Of a DNA stretch of 64,000 bases, positions 53,033 to 64,000 are shown one piece after another. The notes beneath the pieces are model-generated. The model did no database searches, had not been told where the DNA came from, and saw only the letters and a list, made by a program, of their open reading frames with translations. The stretch lies in contig BDGG01000014.1 of the NCBI GenBank assembly GCA_001949185.1, positions 1,023,378 through 1,087,377 of the forward strand. The letters are read 5' to 3'. The DNA is from Ramazzottius varieornatus. Taxonomy: Eukaryota; Animalia; Tardigrada. Position 1 is the stretch's first letter. Each line of letters begins with the position of its first letter. Both the position numbers and the translations under genes were made by a program.

Positions 53033-56000
53033 TCAGCAACAGCCATAACGGCTATTTTCATAAAAGCCATGAGGTACTCTGTGGGGTGGCCATGTCTTCT
53101 TCCAGCGGAAAGCGGCGGGGTCGGCCCCCTGACCCAGCACATACAGTCTATAGCAAATGAGGTACTGCGTCCATTTGGAGCCGTCAATCTCCTCTTCGTG
53201 GTACTTTTTACTAAAGACGTTCCATGTGTTCATGGCATCGAAGCCTTCTCTCAGTTCGGCCCCCGATGTCGTCTTGTAGGCCACCGTCTCCACTGAGACG
53301 ACGCTGGCTTTGCTCTGGAAGACCCAGTCGTCCATGCGGTCGCCGTTGTGCGACAGCTTCTCGTACTGGGCTAAACGCCGACAGCAGCCGGGTCGTTTGG
53401 TGGCGTGTGGGGCGAACAGCTTGGGCGTGATGAGCAGGGGAGTGGGCATGTCCGGGCTGTGAACGTAGATGAGCCGCAGGAATTTAATGTAATATTTGTA
53501 AAAGTAGTCGTCACGGTAGGTCACTTTGTAGGCGTCGTGAGAATGGACGCCGTCGACAAACACAGCGCGCGTCGACAGCTGGTTGACGCTCAAAACTTTG
53601 GAGTTTCGTGGCAGCTCCCTTAGCTACGAGACGAAAAGCTGACAATTAGCGAAAGTGTCACACTATCTTTAAGGACGTATTATTCCACAAAACCTCAGTA
53701 TTTTCGTATCTGCAACATGTTGCGCACATTGTCTGCGTTTCTCGACGTTAGTGTCACACCGCCTACGTTGTTTACTAACGGTGTGGTGTATACGCACGAT
53801 GGGTTATTATGGCACGGTAAAAATCATGGACCAGGCCTTTTCGCTACGGCGGTACGGAAGCACGTATGTACGCGACCGATTCCCACTAATGTACTTGTCA
53901 ACACTTTTCTATGTTTGAATTTCTATTTTGCCGTCTTTTCCGCCTGTCCTATAATATTTGGGTTTCGGCGGTCCAATTTGCGTACGAACGTTTCCCAGTC
54001 TAATTGTTGACGAAACGAGTTTGAAGTTTTGGGACCCCAAGGGCAAACTTAAACGGCTGATGCAATGTGATGTATCAAACATCGGAGAACACGATTCTGA
54101 AGTCCAAATGGTCATCTGACCACTGGTAAGATGATTTCGTCAGAAAAGTCTGAAGTGATTCGAAGTTTCGACTGACAAAGTTTCGACGTCACAACGACTT
54201 CCTACAGCCCGAATGTGCGTCTGCATCTGTTCAGACTCGAAACCCCCCTGTGGGGGTGCTTCAGCTACCAATCACCCCTGAATTTTTGGCAAAATCTTCC
54301 CAATAGGGCGAACTGTTTTGTGACACTTCTATCCGTGGCGAAGCGTGGCGGCTTTATGACGCGATGCCCTTGAGTATGCCGAACAATCTCATGTCAAAAA
54401 AGGGTACTTTGGAAGCAAAAAAGTTCGTAGGCAAATTGGGCCGCCGAAACCCATTTGGTGTCCCATAATTACCCATCGTGCGTGTACTGGTGAATGTGAC
54501 GGTGATTTCATTAGGGTTTATGAATGTTTAAACTGAGTGGTGGGTGTATTTTTTGTTCGTTGCAATTGTTGAATTGCTTCACTCACCTTACCGTTAAGCT
54601 TGGCCATAATGATGTCAAAGGATTCCACCTTGGGGAAACGAGACGGTTTGTCTTTGACAACGTGCTGCTTGGCTTTCTCCTTCTTTTCCTTCTGCAGCTG
54701 ATGCTCGATGACGGAAATTTTTCTCCTCTTCGATCGCCTCTTCTCGATAGACATACTGTATTTCTTGTCTTTCTCTCTTTCTACCCTGATGTGAGCCTCG
54801 CCGGTTCGGGTGGCAGGAAAGACGTCAACAATGCCTATGGTCTGGCGAGCCGGATGTCCCATCACGTACCATATCCGAAAGCAGTTGACGAACCTCTGTC
54901 GCGGTACACTCCTGACAGGCTGCGGGTCCCATGCTGTCAGGTTCATGTCAACACAGAAGGGATCATCCTGATCACGAATCTGTAGCGATTCCACGTTTAA
55001 GAGGCGACCTGTGAAAGAAAGTTGACTATAAACAAACGAGGAGAATTCACCTCCATCGTCAATCCAAGTCGCGCACGCCCTCAGCCAATAACAATAAAAA
55101 TGACCGCCACTTGGAAAACCGATGAGATCGATATCCAAAGTGGCGCACGCTCTTGAACGGTACAATGACTACGTGCGCAACTTGAAAGAACTATCCGCAT
55201 AAATTCATTGGCCGACGTTCAAAAACCTGTACTAACCCAAATGACCAATGCAACAGTGCGCGACTAAAAGGGGGTGTCGTGGTCAGAATGGATTCTCTAG
55301 CAAGTTTGATATTTTGACCAACCGTGTAGTGGGTTGGCGTCCAAGTACTCGTTGACGACGGCCGCCAGCTCTGTGGCGTTCTGGTAAGCGTAGTCTGTCT
55401 TCGAGACACCCTCTATTTGAGGGTGCGGTGGGAGGAAGTTAACGTATGCAATCTGTTGGGGCTCTTGGGCTCTCTGATCGTCAATGGTTGTCACCCACAT
55501 GCGCATGGCTCTAACGAATGGCCGGACGGATTCGGCGTACTGCATGTAGTCGGTCTGTTCGGGCGTTTTCAGATACTCTTCTTCGACGTTGAGCTGGACC
55601 GTTTCACAGGTCTTGATGGTCAGGTGTGGGTTACGACGAAGAAAGTCGTTGGCTGGAGGAACTAGGCTGGTAAAGTCTTCAAATTCGGGCCAGCGACCAA
55701 GCTTGAGCGTCTTTTCAGGCTCAATACAATGGGGGATAAAATCGAAAGATTGGAGACCGACGTCGGCAGGCTTCGGTCGAAGAGATGTCCTTTTAAGGTC
55801 TAAACTGGCTCTTTGTACAAAACTACAAGAGAAACCAACTTCAGCAATGTCTCGAGCTGGCTTTCATCTAGAGAGAAATTGCATCAAATTTGATACTAGT
55901 ACGAACCTTCCTCGAGTAAGAGCGGGCGGAGTAACAGTAGAAAAGATGAGGTTGGGGTTGAGGAGAGATGTCTTCTTGAGGCTTGGGGAGTGGCTTATAA

Positions 56001-56033
56001 CCGGCGACTGTGCAGCTATATCACCATTTGGCA
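53033..56033 (-). CDS. Uncharacterised protein with four internal repeats, ending GCC; start approximate
   Basis: Four copies of (D/N/L)FxP...E.F/L...N/D.W/F/Y...V/CE(T/S)V...R(M/I/L)W/Y. Phase-0 splice 54587 to 53623 (KLNGK-LRELP) links two ORF-track segments in frame. Confidence 0.7.
53791..54484. mobile_element. Tc1/mariner-type non-autonomous element in an intron
   Basis: TA flanks; TIR (C/T)ACGCACGATGGGT(A/T)ATTATGG; a second inverted segment at 53957-53992 versus 54421-54456. Confidence 0.7.
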
Positions 56034-56384
56034 TAGTCACGACAACAGCCCAAAGTGAAATGGTGGTGCCGCGGCGATTTCGCAAGGCATGCTCCGGCAG
56101 AAACTGGCGCTCATCCCGTTGGTGCAATGGCCACCGCAAGCTTCAACACCAATGATAAAAATGCATGTGCCACACAAAATTGGCGAAATTTCCTGTGATA
56201 AATGCAAGCAAACAACAAAGGTACACTAGCAATAATTTGAGCAGTAATTTCCTACTGTATTCAATGATTGATTTCCGAACGGGGCGGAAATTTGTGAAAG
56301 TCGCTGCGACAAGAAACGTTGGAGTTGTACAATCAAGACTGGCCATCATACTATGGCCGATGTTATGGAAACAAACGTCGCCAG

Positions 56385-56682
56385 TAGTGATGTTGGCATA
56401 TATCTATATTATATTAAAATAGGCATTAGATACTTTTGTCGTCTAATATATTATATTAATATTTAGTAGATGACTCCTGAGAAAAAATTATTAAATCAAC
56501 ATTGAATTAGGTGCAAAATGGCCTACTTTGGCTAACATATCATATTAAAATCAGCTTATTAGGTACAAAAACGACTTAATATAATAAATATTATTGAATT
56601 ATATTAAATTGGATTCGATCGGGAGGGTCGATATTATATTAAAATTATATTAGGTTCGGATTTGCTTATGCCAACATCACTA
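56385..56682. mobile_element. AT-rich hAT MITE
   Basis: Perfect 16-bp TIR TAGTGATGTTGGCATA and perfect 8-bp TSD GTCGCCAG at 56377-56384 and 56683-56690. Confidence 0.92.
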
Positions 56683-57563
56683 GTCGCCAGGGTGTTCTCT
56701 CTGCAGCGCAATAGCTTACCAACTTCTGTCCACGTCTCGTCACCGGTACCAGCCGCAGGGGTATTTGAAGATGGAAATGGTCATTGTCACCCACCGAATT
56801 CAATTACCGCTCTTGAAATACAATTCGTTCCAGCCAAGTTGTCCCCCGCTTGATCGGAAATTCGCTTCTTCTGACCAAATAATGTTTCCGCCTGTGTCAA
56901 ACAATTTTATCGTTCCTTCGGTTCTCTGGGACCGTTTGAGAACAAGGAAGGCCGAAAAGCTATCGTGGGTCAAAAGACAGGTGGAAGAGTCCCACATATG
57001 TTTTTCTGCCTGTCGCAAAAACATGTGCGCCAGCTACTTCAATTCTAGATTTTTGTTTAACGTCTCGCGTCGCATTTGAATTTCTGACGAGAAATTTTCT
57101 TCCAAAGCACTGTGACAATAATCTCCTTTCAAACTGCGAATAAGAATTTTTGTTCGTTTTGCCAGTGAGAACTGGGAATTTTAGTCTACGGCAACAAGCA
57201 GAGTTGCACCAAAAAACAGTAGTAAAATCGGCTGCTTTTGCATTTTTCTGGCCGGATTCTACCGTTTTTCGGTTGAATCGTCATAAAAGAACGACGTTTA
57301 CGATGTGTTTGACATGTATTTTTGTTGGCAGGCAGAAACTCTGAATTTTTCAATGCGGTGCAGTTTGGAAAGCAGCAGAAAAATGCAGATGCAGTGCAGT
57401 TGCAGTTTCTGGAAACTGGATGCAGTGCAGAACCAGCACTGGTTTCAGCTACTGCTGCAGGGCTCCAGTTCAGGAGGAGATTCTGAGTAGGTCTAGCCGA
57501 TTCATTTCCGTGGGAGACGCGGGGCACAACATAATCTTCCTCGTGCATTCTTACGCCTTAAAT

Positions 57564-57775
57564 GAGCAGTGGGCAGAGTTGATTAGTAAGGCGTGACCAG
57601 ATGACATCATATGGAGCAGGGCATGATATAAAGAATATCCGAGAACGACCAGTCAACGCACACAACTTCTAACTTCGAAAATCATGATTAGCCGACTAGA
57701 GGCAATTTTCAATCCGTTCTCCCTCCATACTTCTCAAACTAGCCCCGCCTTACTGATGTACTCTGCCCACTGCTC
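57564..57775. mobile_element. Sola2-like MITE
   Basis: TIR GAGCAGTGGGCAGAGT..AT.AGTAAGGCG; 4-bp TSD AAAT/AAAT. GRG termini with a 4-bp TSD fit Sola2. Confidence 0.75.
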
Positions 57776-58680
57776 AAATAACTAAGCTCTGTTTCATCTA
57801 CCGATGGGTGGTACTTTTAGCCTCCTGGCCAACCCATCCAACATTCTTTATGGATTCTTTTACGGCCATAGTTCTTAGTTCGCGAGGCGGGTCAACTTGG
57901 CCGTTCTAGAAGTTAAGATCAGCTTTCGATCATCCCGCTACGGGGGAAGATCAACCGATAAGATCTGTGATCCTCAGTGTGCACGATCCTCCACACAGTC
58001 GTACGCGTCAATCCGTCCCGGGTAGTGAGCACAGTCTTGTAACCCTGTACAAAGTTTTGCATTTTCAGTAAGGCGAAGTGTTCATTTCAAGGGATGATTT
58101 GAGTATTAAACAATGGTATTGTGACTCTTGTCCAAGGCGAAAGTACCACAGTTTGACTACAGTTGTACAGTTAGGTCTCATGTTCAGCATGTGCCGCCAC
58201 CAGCTCGTTTCCTTCTGCTAGATTTGACCGTTTTGAAGTCGGCATCTGAGGTCCATCTTGGGCTCTTGGGATCGACAGCGGCTGCATCCACCCGTCGAAA
58301 TCCTAGAAAGAGAGTACGCTCGACTTTGGTGGTCCGGTAAATATGTTGACAACCGCCAATCATCAGCTTTTTCTTAAAAATGAATAACGTCTGGGTTGAG
58401 GAAGGCGCGTTAAACCTCGATCGTCGTATAATTTCGGGCAGCGCTTTTCGGGTGAAGGCTTCATTAGAAATGGACACGAAGCGTTTATTAGTTACCCGAA
58501 CGTGCATCGCCGATGTAATGACCACTTGGATGGCGGCGTTGCTCCCATACCATTTGACACTTGAATGTCCAGTCCGGTTTAAACGTGCAAGTTGTGAAAT
58601 GATCCGTCAAAACACAAACTTGGTCGTAGTGAACAATATCTACAAGGCCAATGAATAACGTATTACAAGCGCTTGATTGA

Positions 58681-58929
58681 TCACTGGCCCTGGGGTTCCA
58701 GCTCAAGGCTGCACTCACCATCGGCGTCACTCCAGCTTCCCTGCACGGTTTCTTTGCAGGACACTGTCGCTCCTGTGCCGTTACAAGGTTTCGGCACCTG
58801 ACATTCGTACTTTTTGGTAATGAGGTATTTGCAGACCACGGCTTGCTGCTCCGCACTGGAAACTGACTGTAGAGACGACAGGATGGCACCGATAAGCCCA
58901 AGACATAAAACGCCAACGTACATCATCAT
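58681..58929 (-). CDS. Small secreted cysteine-rich peptide (82 aa)
   Basis: Clear signal peptide MMMYVGVLCLGLIGAILSSLQSVSSA; five Cys in the mature part; single exon. Confidence 0.5.
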   Translation of the reverse strand: MMMYVGVLCLGLIGAILSSLQSVSSAEQQAVVCKYLITKKYECQVPKPCNGTGATVSCKETVQGSWSDADGECSLELEPQGQ

Positions 58930-59524
58930 GGCAAATCTACGCACCAAACTAGCAAAAGTCACAACTGGTAACAACGGCACTGTTGCGCTTGAGTGTTATG
59001 TCGCCTTCCGTCACCAGATCATCTACCGACAAAAGACCACCTCGCAAGAAATTACCTTGTTTAGCTGGCTCAGCTACCTCAGCATGTGGCTGTCCGAACG
59101 GTTATAGCGAGGATATCATTCTCAGGTTTCTCATCGTGTGTTTGTCCTTCAAGGTGAACGCGCTGCATGTACAACAATGAGCCAAATTCAGTCACACAAC
59201 ATGCTGCTACTTGACAAAAACAGCCTTTTACCGGGAAATCTTGCCATAATGGAAAACAGTATCAAACAGTGGCGTGGCCCACTTCCGGGTATCAGTGCCA
59301 TAATGACAACAGGGTCGCACAACCTGTTTGCATCGGCTGTGAACTACCAATAAGTCACCGTGACTTGTCCACCTTTTATCATATGGAGATACGGTCTATA
59401 GACTAATTACAGCCGTAAAACATAGGAGCATGTCATCTGGAAAACCAATGGACTGGGAAAACTAAAAAAGTAACGTTGCAAAAAAACTCGAGAAACACAA
59501 AAACAATTCTACAGAATATTTAAG

Positions 59525-61158
59525 TTAATAGTCGTCGGGCGACGACATGTCGGCCAGCAGTTTGTCTCCTTGAGCGTCAAACGTTTCTCCATCCTCCTCA
59601 TTCATACTGTCGTCAGGAACCGATTCGTCCCGGTCTCCCGGGACAGCAGACTCGTTGGAAGCGGGTTCATTAACCAAGACTAACGGCAACTTATAGTTCT
59701 GACTTCGATAGTTCTTGCACTCGACATCCAGACACTTTTGGTGGTAGGTCCCCGACTTGAGGCAGGCGACAAAGTTGATATTATTGGACCTGTGGTGTCT
59801 GCCAATGTGCCCACAGAACCTGTAGTCCCCACCGATGGAGTAAAGCACCGTCTGGCTCTCCGCGAAATACTGCCACATTCTGATCCTTCCCATCAAGCCG
59901 TCAGCCGTAATGACCGACTCGAAGAACTTGTCCACTTCGGGAAAAGGCGAGGGAAGGTTTGAGCTTGTTAGCGAAGGTCTGTCACCATCGCTTCGGAATC
60001 TCCGCGAGACACTTTCCGAAGTGTTTTGAGAGAGCTTACCGACAGGGAATTTCTCGGTGTCAAAATGGAGCAAGTCTTCAGATTTACATGACTGCGTGTT
60101 ACAGATTAAAGACAAGAAAAAGATTTCTTTCTGAGTCAGGTCTTGTAAGGGCGAGTCATGGTAAAGGACGAAGGGGTTTTTCTTTCCCAGTTTGCTGGAG
60201 AGGTAGACGCGGAAGTTTCGGTTCTTGGTGTAGACACCTTGGTCGATGAAGAGGACTGTTGGGGAAGAGAGGTCTTTGGAATGCAGGAAGAGCTTCTTGA
60301 CGTCGTCGGAAGTGCTATCTTGAAGGTTGCGACAAAAGTGCGTCACGAAGAGGCCGGCGTGACGGAAGTCACGAAAGACGGCTTTGGGGAAGATAAAGTG
60401 TTGACTGAACTTGGATAAGGTGCTGGAATCCAATTGAACAAGGTTCTCGAGAGGCAATGGAACGCTGAAGACCTCGGTGAACTGGAACAGGGAGAACAGT
60501 TTCGCTAGTACGGTACAGTAAAGTCTGTTATGTAAGGTGACATTGCGTATTGTCACACGAATATTACGTGCCGCTTAACATACGCATTATCTAATTAACC
60601 ACGTGAGTACGCGTTCCCGATAAAGGTGACGCGAAGTCACGAGATCTATTACGTCACACAGCATATAAAATCAGCGCACTCCAACAAGCTTACTGTTTGA
60701 CTGAGCAGCGACAGGAACAAGACAATAATCTCTTCAGCATTCGCCTGGGGATTTGTGTCCTTAACAAATTCTACATCGAAGTACAGTTTGACGGGAGTCT
60801 CTTCAGGGATGACTTCGTAGAGAGCGCGTTGATCGTCGTCCATGAGCATGTAATCATGCCAGAAATGCTCGTACGAAGTGACCAGAAATCGACGAGCACC
60901 TGCCGGCAGATCAGCGCACTCGAAGGCGAAAATGTGGACATCAGCAATACTCCTACAGTATTCCAAAGCTTCAGATTGTTTCGGAAAGTACTTCCAGATA
61001 ATGGCTGGTCCGAGTAGTGAGGACATGAATGGATTGCATAGTCGTGAACGGCCTCGCTTCGTCTTTGCATCTTCTGCTTCTGCTGCCTGCATCGCGTTGG
61101 AGATCCGCTCGGTCAACCTAGTCTTCTTGACACCATTTCCGTAAAAGCCAGCATCCAT
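59525..61158 (-). CDS. PRIMPOL: DNA primase-polymerase PrimPol (2 exons)
   Basis: LYEVIPE..PVKLYFDVEF (DxE), FSQHFIF (SxH), FIDQGVYTKNRNFR, UL52-type Zn finger CGHIGRHHRSN...QKCLDVEC, acidic tail. Confidence 0.93.
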
Positions 61159-61816
61159 TCCAAGTCGCACAGATTCCTACAAGGGAGAAAATGGGAGATG
61201 ACCGGAAGTATAGAGGAAGATATAGAACTGCGCCGTGAACGTTGTTTTGGTTGTCTTGTCATGTCGTGTCATGTCATGTTATGTCATGTTATGTCAATCA
61301 TGCGAAACGGTACGCTGCGGAACGGTGAAACCTTTGCGGAACGGCCGCAGCTGCCGTCAACTAGAGCACGGAATCTGGCCGCATGCGCTTCACTGTAGTG
61401 TAGCACAGCACAGCTTCAGCGCGTAAACTGACGAAATTTGTGCGGCACAGCACAGCATACAGCAGAAAGCCATAGACTACCGCGCAGATGCACCTACCGA
61501 AACCTAACAAGAATTACAGTTTTTGGGCATGCGAATGTCAGCCGTCTCAGCTTTGTCGTACTTTAGGGCAACGTTCTCCAGGTTGACGACTGATTTCGCT
61601 GACTGAATTACAAACCACGTCAATACATCGGCGTTCCGCGCACTTGCACCAGGTCAACGTGCGTCTGCAGCACAGCTGCTTAGCCACTGGGCATGAAAGT
61701 TGAGCGGCACAGCGCAGCGCCCTGGTAATAAGCGCAGCACAGTTACAGTACAGCGTACTTTTGGACCTGCGGCCCAGTGCTCTGTGTCACATCTCGCAGG
61801 TAGGACTGTAACGATT

Positions 61817-62290
61817 AGTCCTCCTTACGACAGGCCGTAAAACTCCGTTGATTGTGCTGATCTTGAAAGTGATTACGAAATTTCGCTTTCAAGATAAGCA
61901 GCCCTCGAGTAGCTTACTTGAGAGCGAAAACGGATTATTCTCTGCACACTTGACTCAAAATTACAAATTTTCATCTCTCAGCTGATGTCTGTCTGCGCAG
62001 TGCTTCACGTTGCGAGATACCGTTTCACTCATGGGCTTCTGGATACCTATTAGTGTCGGGGATATCGACAGACAGAGACTAGCCAGAGAGAAAACCATCA
62101 ATTTCAGCCTAGTCAGGAGGCAAAGTTTGCCTACAAACCTACCCCGCAAAACTCGCGCATTTCCGCTCCCCTTTCCGAGACTTTCGAAAAACACAATTTT
62201 GCCTCATTCACGACTAATTTCCGTTGATCAAGCAAACTCAAATTTCGAATCAACCGTTTGCGACATGAACAGCTCGTCGTGAGGAGAACT
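61817..62290. mobile_element. About 474-bp MITE, copy B (inverted relative to 46477-46950)
   Basis: Collinear reverse-complement match over the whole length; flanks ATT/ATT. Confidence 0.85.
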
Positions 62291-62543
62291 ATTTTACCGG
62301 CCCATTTGAAACGTCGACTCTTCTTTCTTCCTCAAAGATCTTCTGTCAGTTTCTTCCTGCTTCCAGACTGCTTCCTCCACTAACTTGAGATACCTGGGAA
62401 TGAGGTAAGGATAGAGATGTTATTCAACTAGGTGGAAAGACGACCAGCATCCAGTATTCTCCGCGACCGTAAGTCAGGAAAATAAAAAATCTGCTAAGCA
62501 GATTTATCACAATTTTTTCGTTTATCACGGCGGGGCCATGGTG

Positions 62544-62600
62544 GATTGATTGCATTGATTGATTGATTGGTTGGTTGGTTGGTTGATTGGTTGGTTGGTT
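62544..62600. repeat. (GATT/GGTT)n microsatellite
   Basis: Directly visible tetranucleotide array. Confidence 0.9.
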
Positions 62601-62705
62601 CAAAGACTGCGACAAGTGCGATTTTGCTGCTTATTTCCAGCTTTTCAGTTGCATTTTTCACTCGTTTTTTCGTTTTCCAGATCGAGAGAAATCAAGGCTT
62701 GAGCC

Positions 62706-63985
62706 ATGGCGTCGGGCAGCGCCGATGAAGTGCCGTCGTCATCCCAGGGCTTCTCCGGTAGCCCAAGCATGGAAGATCAGCTGCTGCAGGAACGAGAAGT
62801 GCTCCGGTCGGAAATTCAGCGCATGCAGAGTAAGCTCCGAATCCTCTCTACCAGGTTAAGCATCCCTTACGAAGAGCGTTGCTTAACTGATGTGGCTCTG
62901 CGTTTTTCTAGCCGACCATAAAAGAGCCGTGGACTTGGTCAGATCGACGTTGGAACGACAACTTCAAGAAGCCAATATCGCTATCAATGGTTTACGCGAA
63001 GAATTGGCCAAAGAAGGTATGAAACTACCTCCGTCTTCAGCTCGCGAGTGATATCCAAGTGCGATATTTGTGTTCATTGTAGTGAACATCAACCAGGACC
63101 ATCTCAAGCGGCATGAAAGTCAGGCCAAGAAGGAATCCGACTTGAAAAAGGCTTTGGTAGGATTTATGTTTCTATACATCGCTGCAGAGTTATCTATAAT
63201 TTGTCTCTTCAGGTGTCCGCGGAAGATCACAATCTACGGCTGTCCACTGAGAAGAATAACTTGCTTCTGCTCGTTGAAGGTTCTCGAGCGGAAATTGCAG
63301 AGCTAAGAGGTAGTTTTGCAAACAGAATTTGTAAACCCAAGTTTGTTTAGTCCAATCAACAATCAAGCGTTGTGGGGGTGTTGACGTCACGTCGTGGTGC
63401 TGTATAACCGCCATTTTGGAGTCGAGTGATGACGTCATGTGTGTGTGTTTCTAGAGACGATCAGAAATCAGTCGCGCCAAGTGACGGAAAGTCTGGCCGA
63501 AACTGAGCTTCTCCGTCTCAAGTGCTGCGGCAAAGACGCCGAGATTCAGTTTCTCGGAATCTCCGAAAAAAGTCTGAAAGCTCAGACTGAACGTCAGCAG
63601 AAGGATCTCTCTGAAGCACATGCCGTCATGGTCAAGAAAGACCGCGAAATTTCCGAGGCGCGATCGGAAGCTGATCGGCGAGTCAAAGACGTCATCAAGC
63701 AAGTTCAAACATTGAGCGACGAGCTATGGCAAGAGAAGCGGAAGGTCGCCATGCTGGAAGATAACGTCAAACGCGAGAAGGAAGGCGCTCAACGGCTCCA
63801 AGAAAGACTGGACAGCTTCGAAGGCGACAGGCAACGGATGCAAGAAGAGTTTTCAGAACAGAATAGCTCCCAGCAGGAAATCATCGATAGCTTCAGAGAG
63901 CATGTAGCTGTGCTAAAGAGAAGAAATGACCAACTGGAAGAAGAGAAACGAGTTCAGGAAAGCTGTCGAGATGACTTGGAAGAAG
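62706..63985 (+). CDS. Coiled-coil protein, 5' part (probably continues beyond the window)
   Basis: ATG at 62706, several short GT-AG introns, heptad-rich E/K/Q/R/L sequence. Family not recognised. Confidence 0.65.
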
Positions 63986-64000
63986 GTTATTAGGAAAAGC

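Noticed and set aside
53796-54480. CACGATG ends suggesting a Transib/RAG-like element
   Set aside because: The inverted match extends further out to TA dinucleotides and there is no 5-bp TSD; it fits Tc1/mariner better.
57198-57470. GCAGT-rich array (similar low-complexity GCACAGC tracts at 61400-61750)
   Set aside because: Termini could not be defined; probably a decayed repeat.

Overview
Eukaryotic (animal) genomic DNA: gene-dense, roughly balanced GC, many short GT-AG introns. This resembles a compact invertebrate genome, plausibly a tardigrade (inference only). 0-15 kb: a cluster of four secreted astacin-fold genes; the three whose active-site segment is visible have lost the HExxHxxGxxH zinc ligands, and one has a long cadherin-like extension. 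An apparently intact two-gene PIF/Harbinger transposon and its MITE split the cluster. 16-44 kb: glutamate decarboxylase, FBXO25/32, MINDY1/2, DYRK1/minibrain, cytoplasmic TyrRS (no EMAP-II domain), CCP1/AGTPBP1 (apparent 1-nt frameshift) and two Ly6/three-finger-like genes. 44-58 kb: TE-rich accessory region. Its most unusual element is a ~3.3-kb unit with ~520-bp inverted repeats enclosing an intronless, overlapping, virus-like gene block (LRR membrane protein, two-BIR IAP, Cys/His ORF, Polinton/Maverick-type integrase). The region also holds a GST remnant, an uncharacterised four-repeat protein and MITEs with hAT, Tc1/mariner, Harbinger and Sola2 signatures. 58-64 kb: a small secreted Cys-rich peptide, PrimPol and the 5' part of a coiled-coil gene. 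Exon boundaries were read by eye and no database searches were run.
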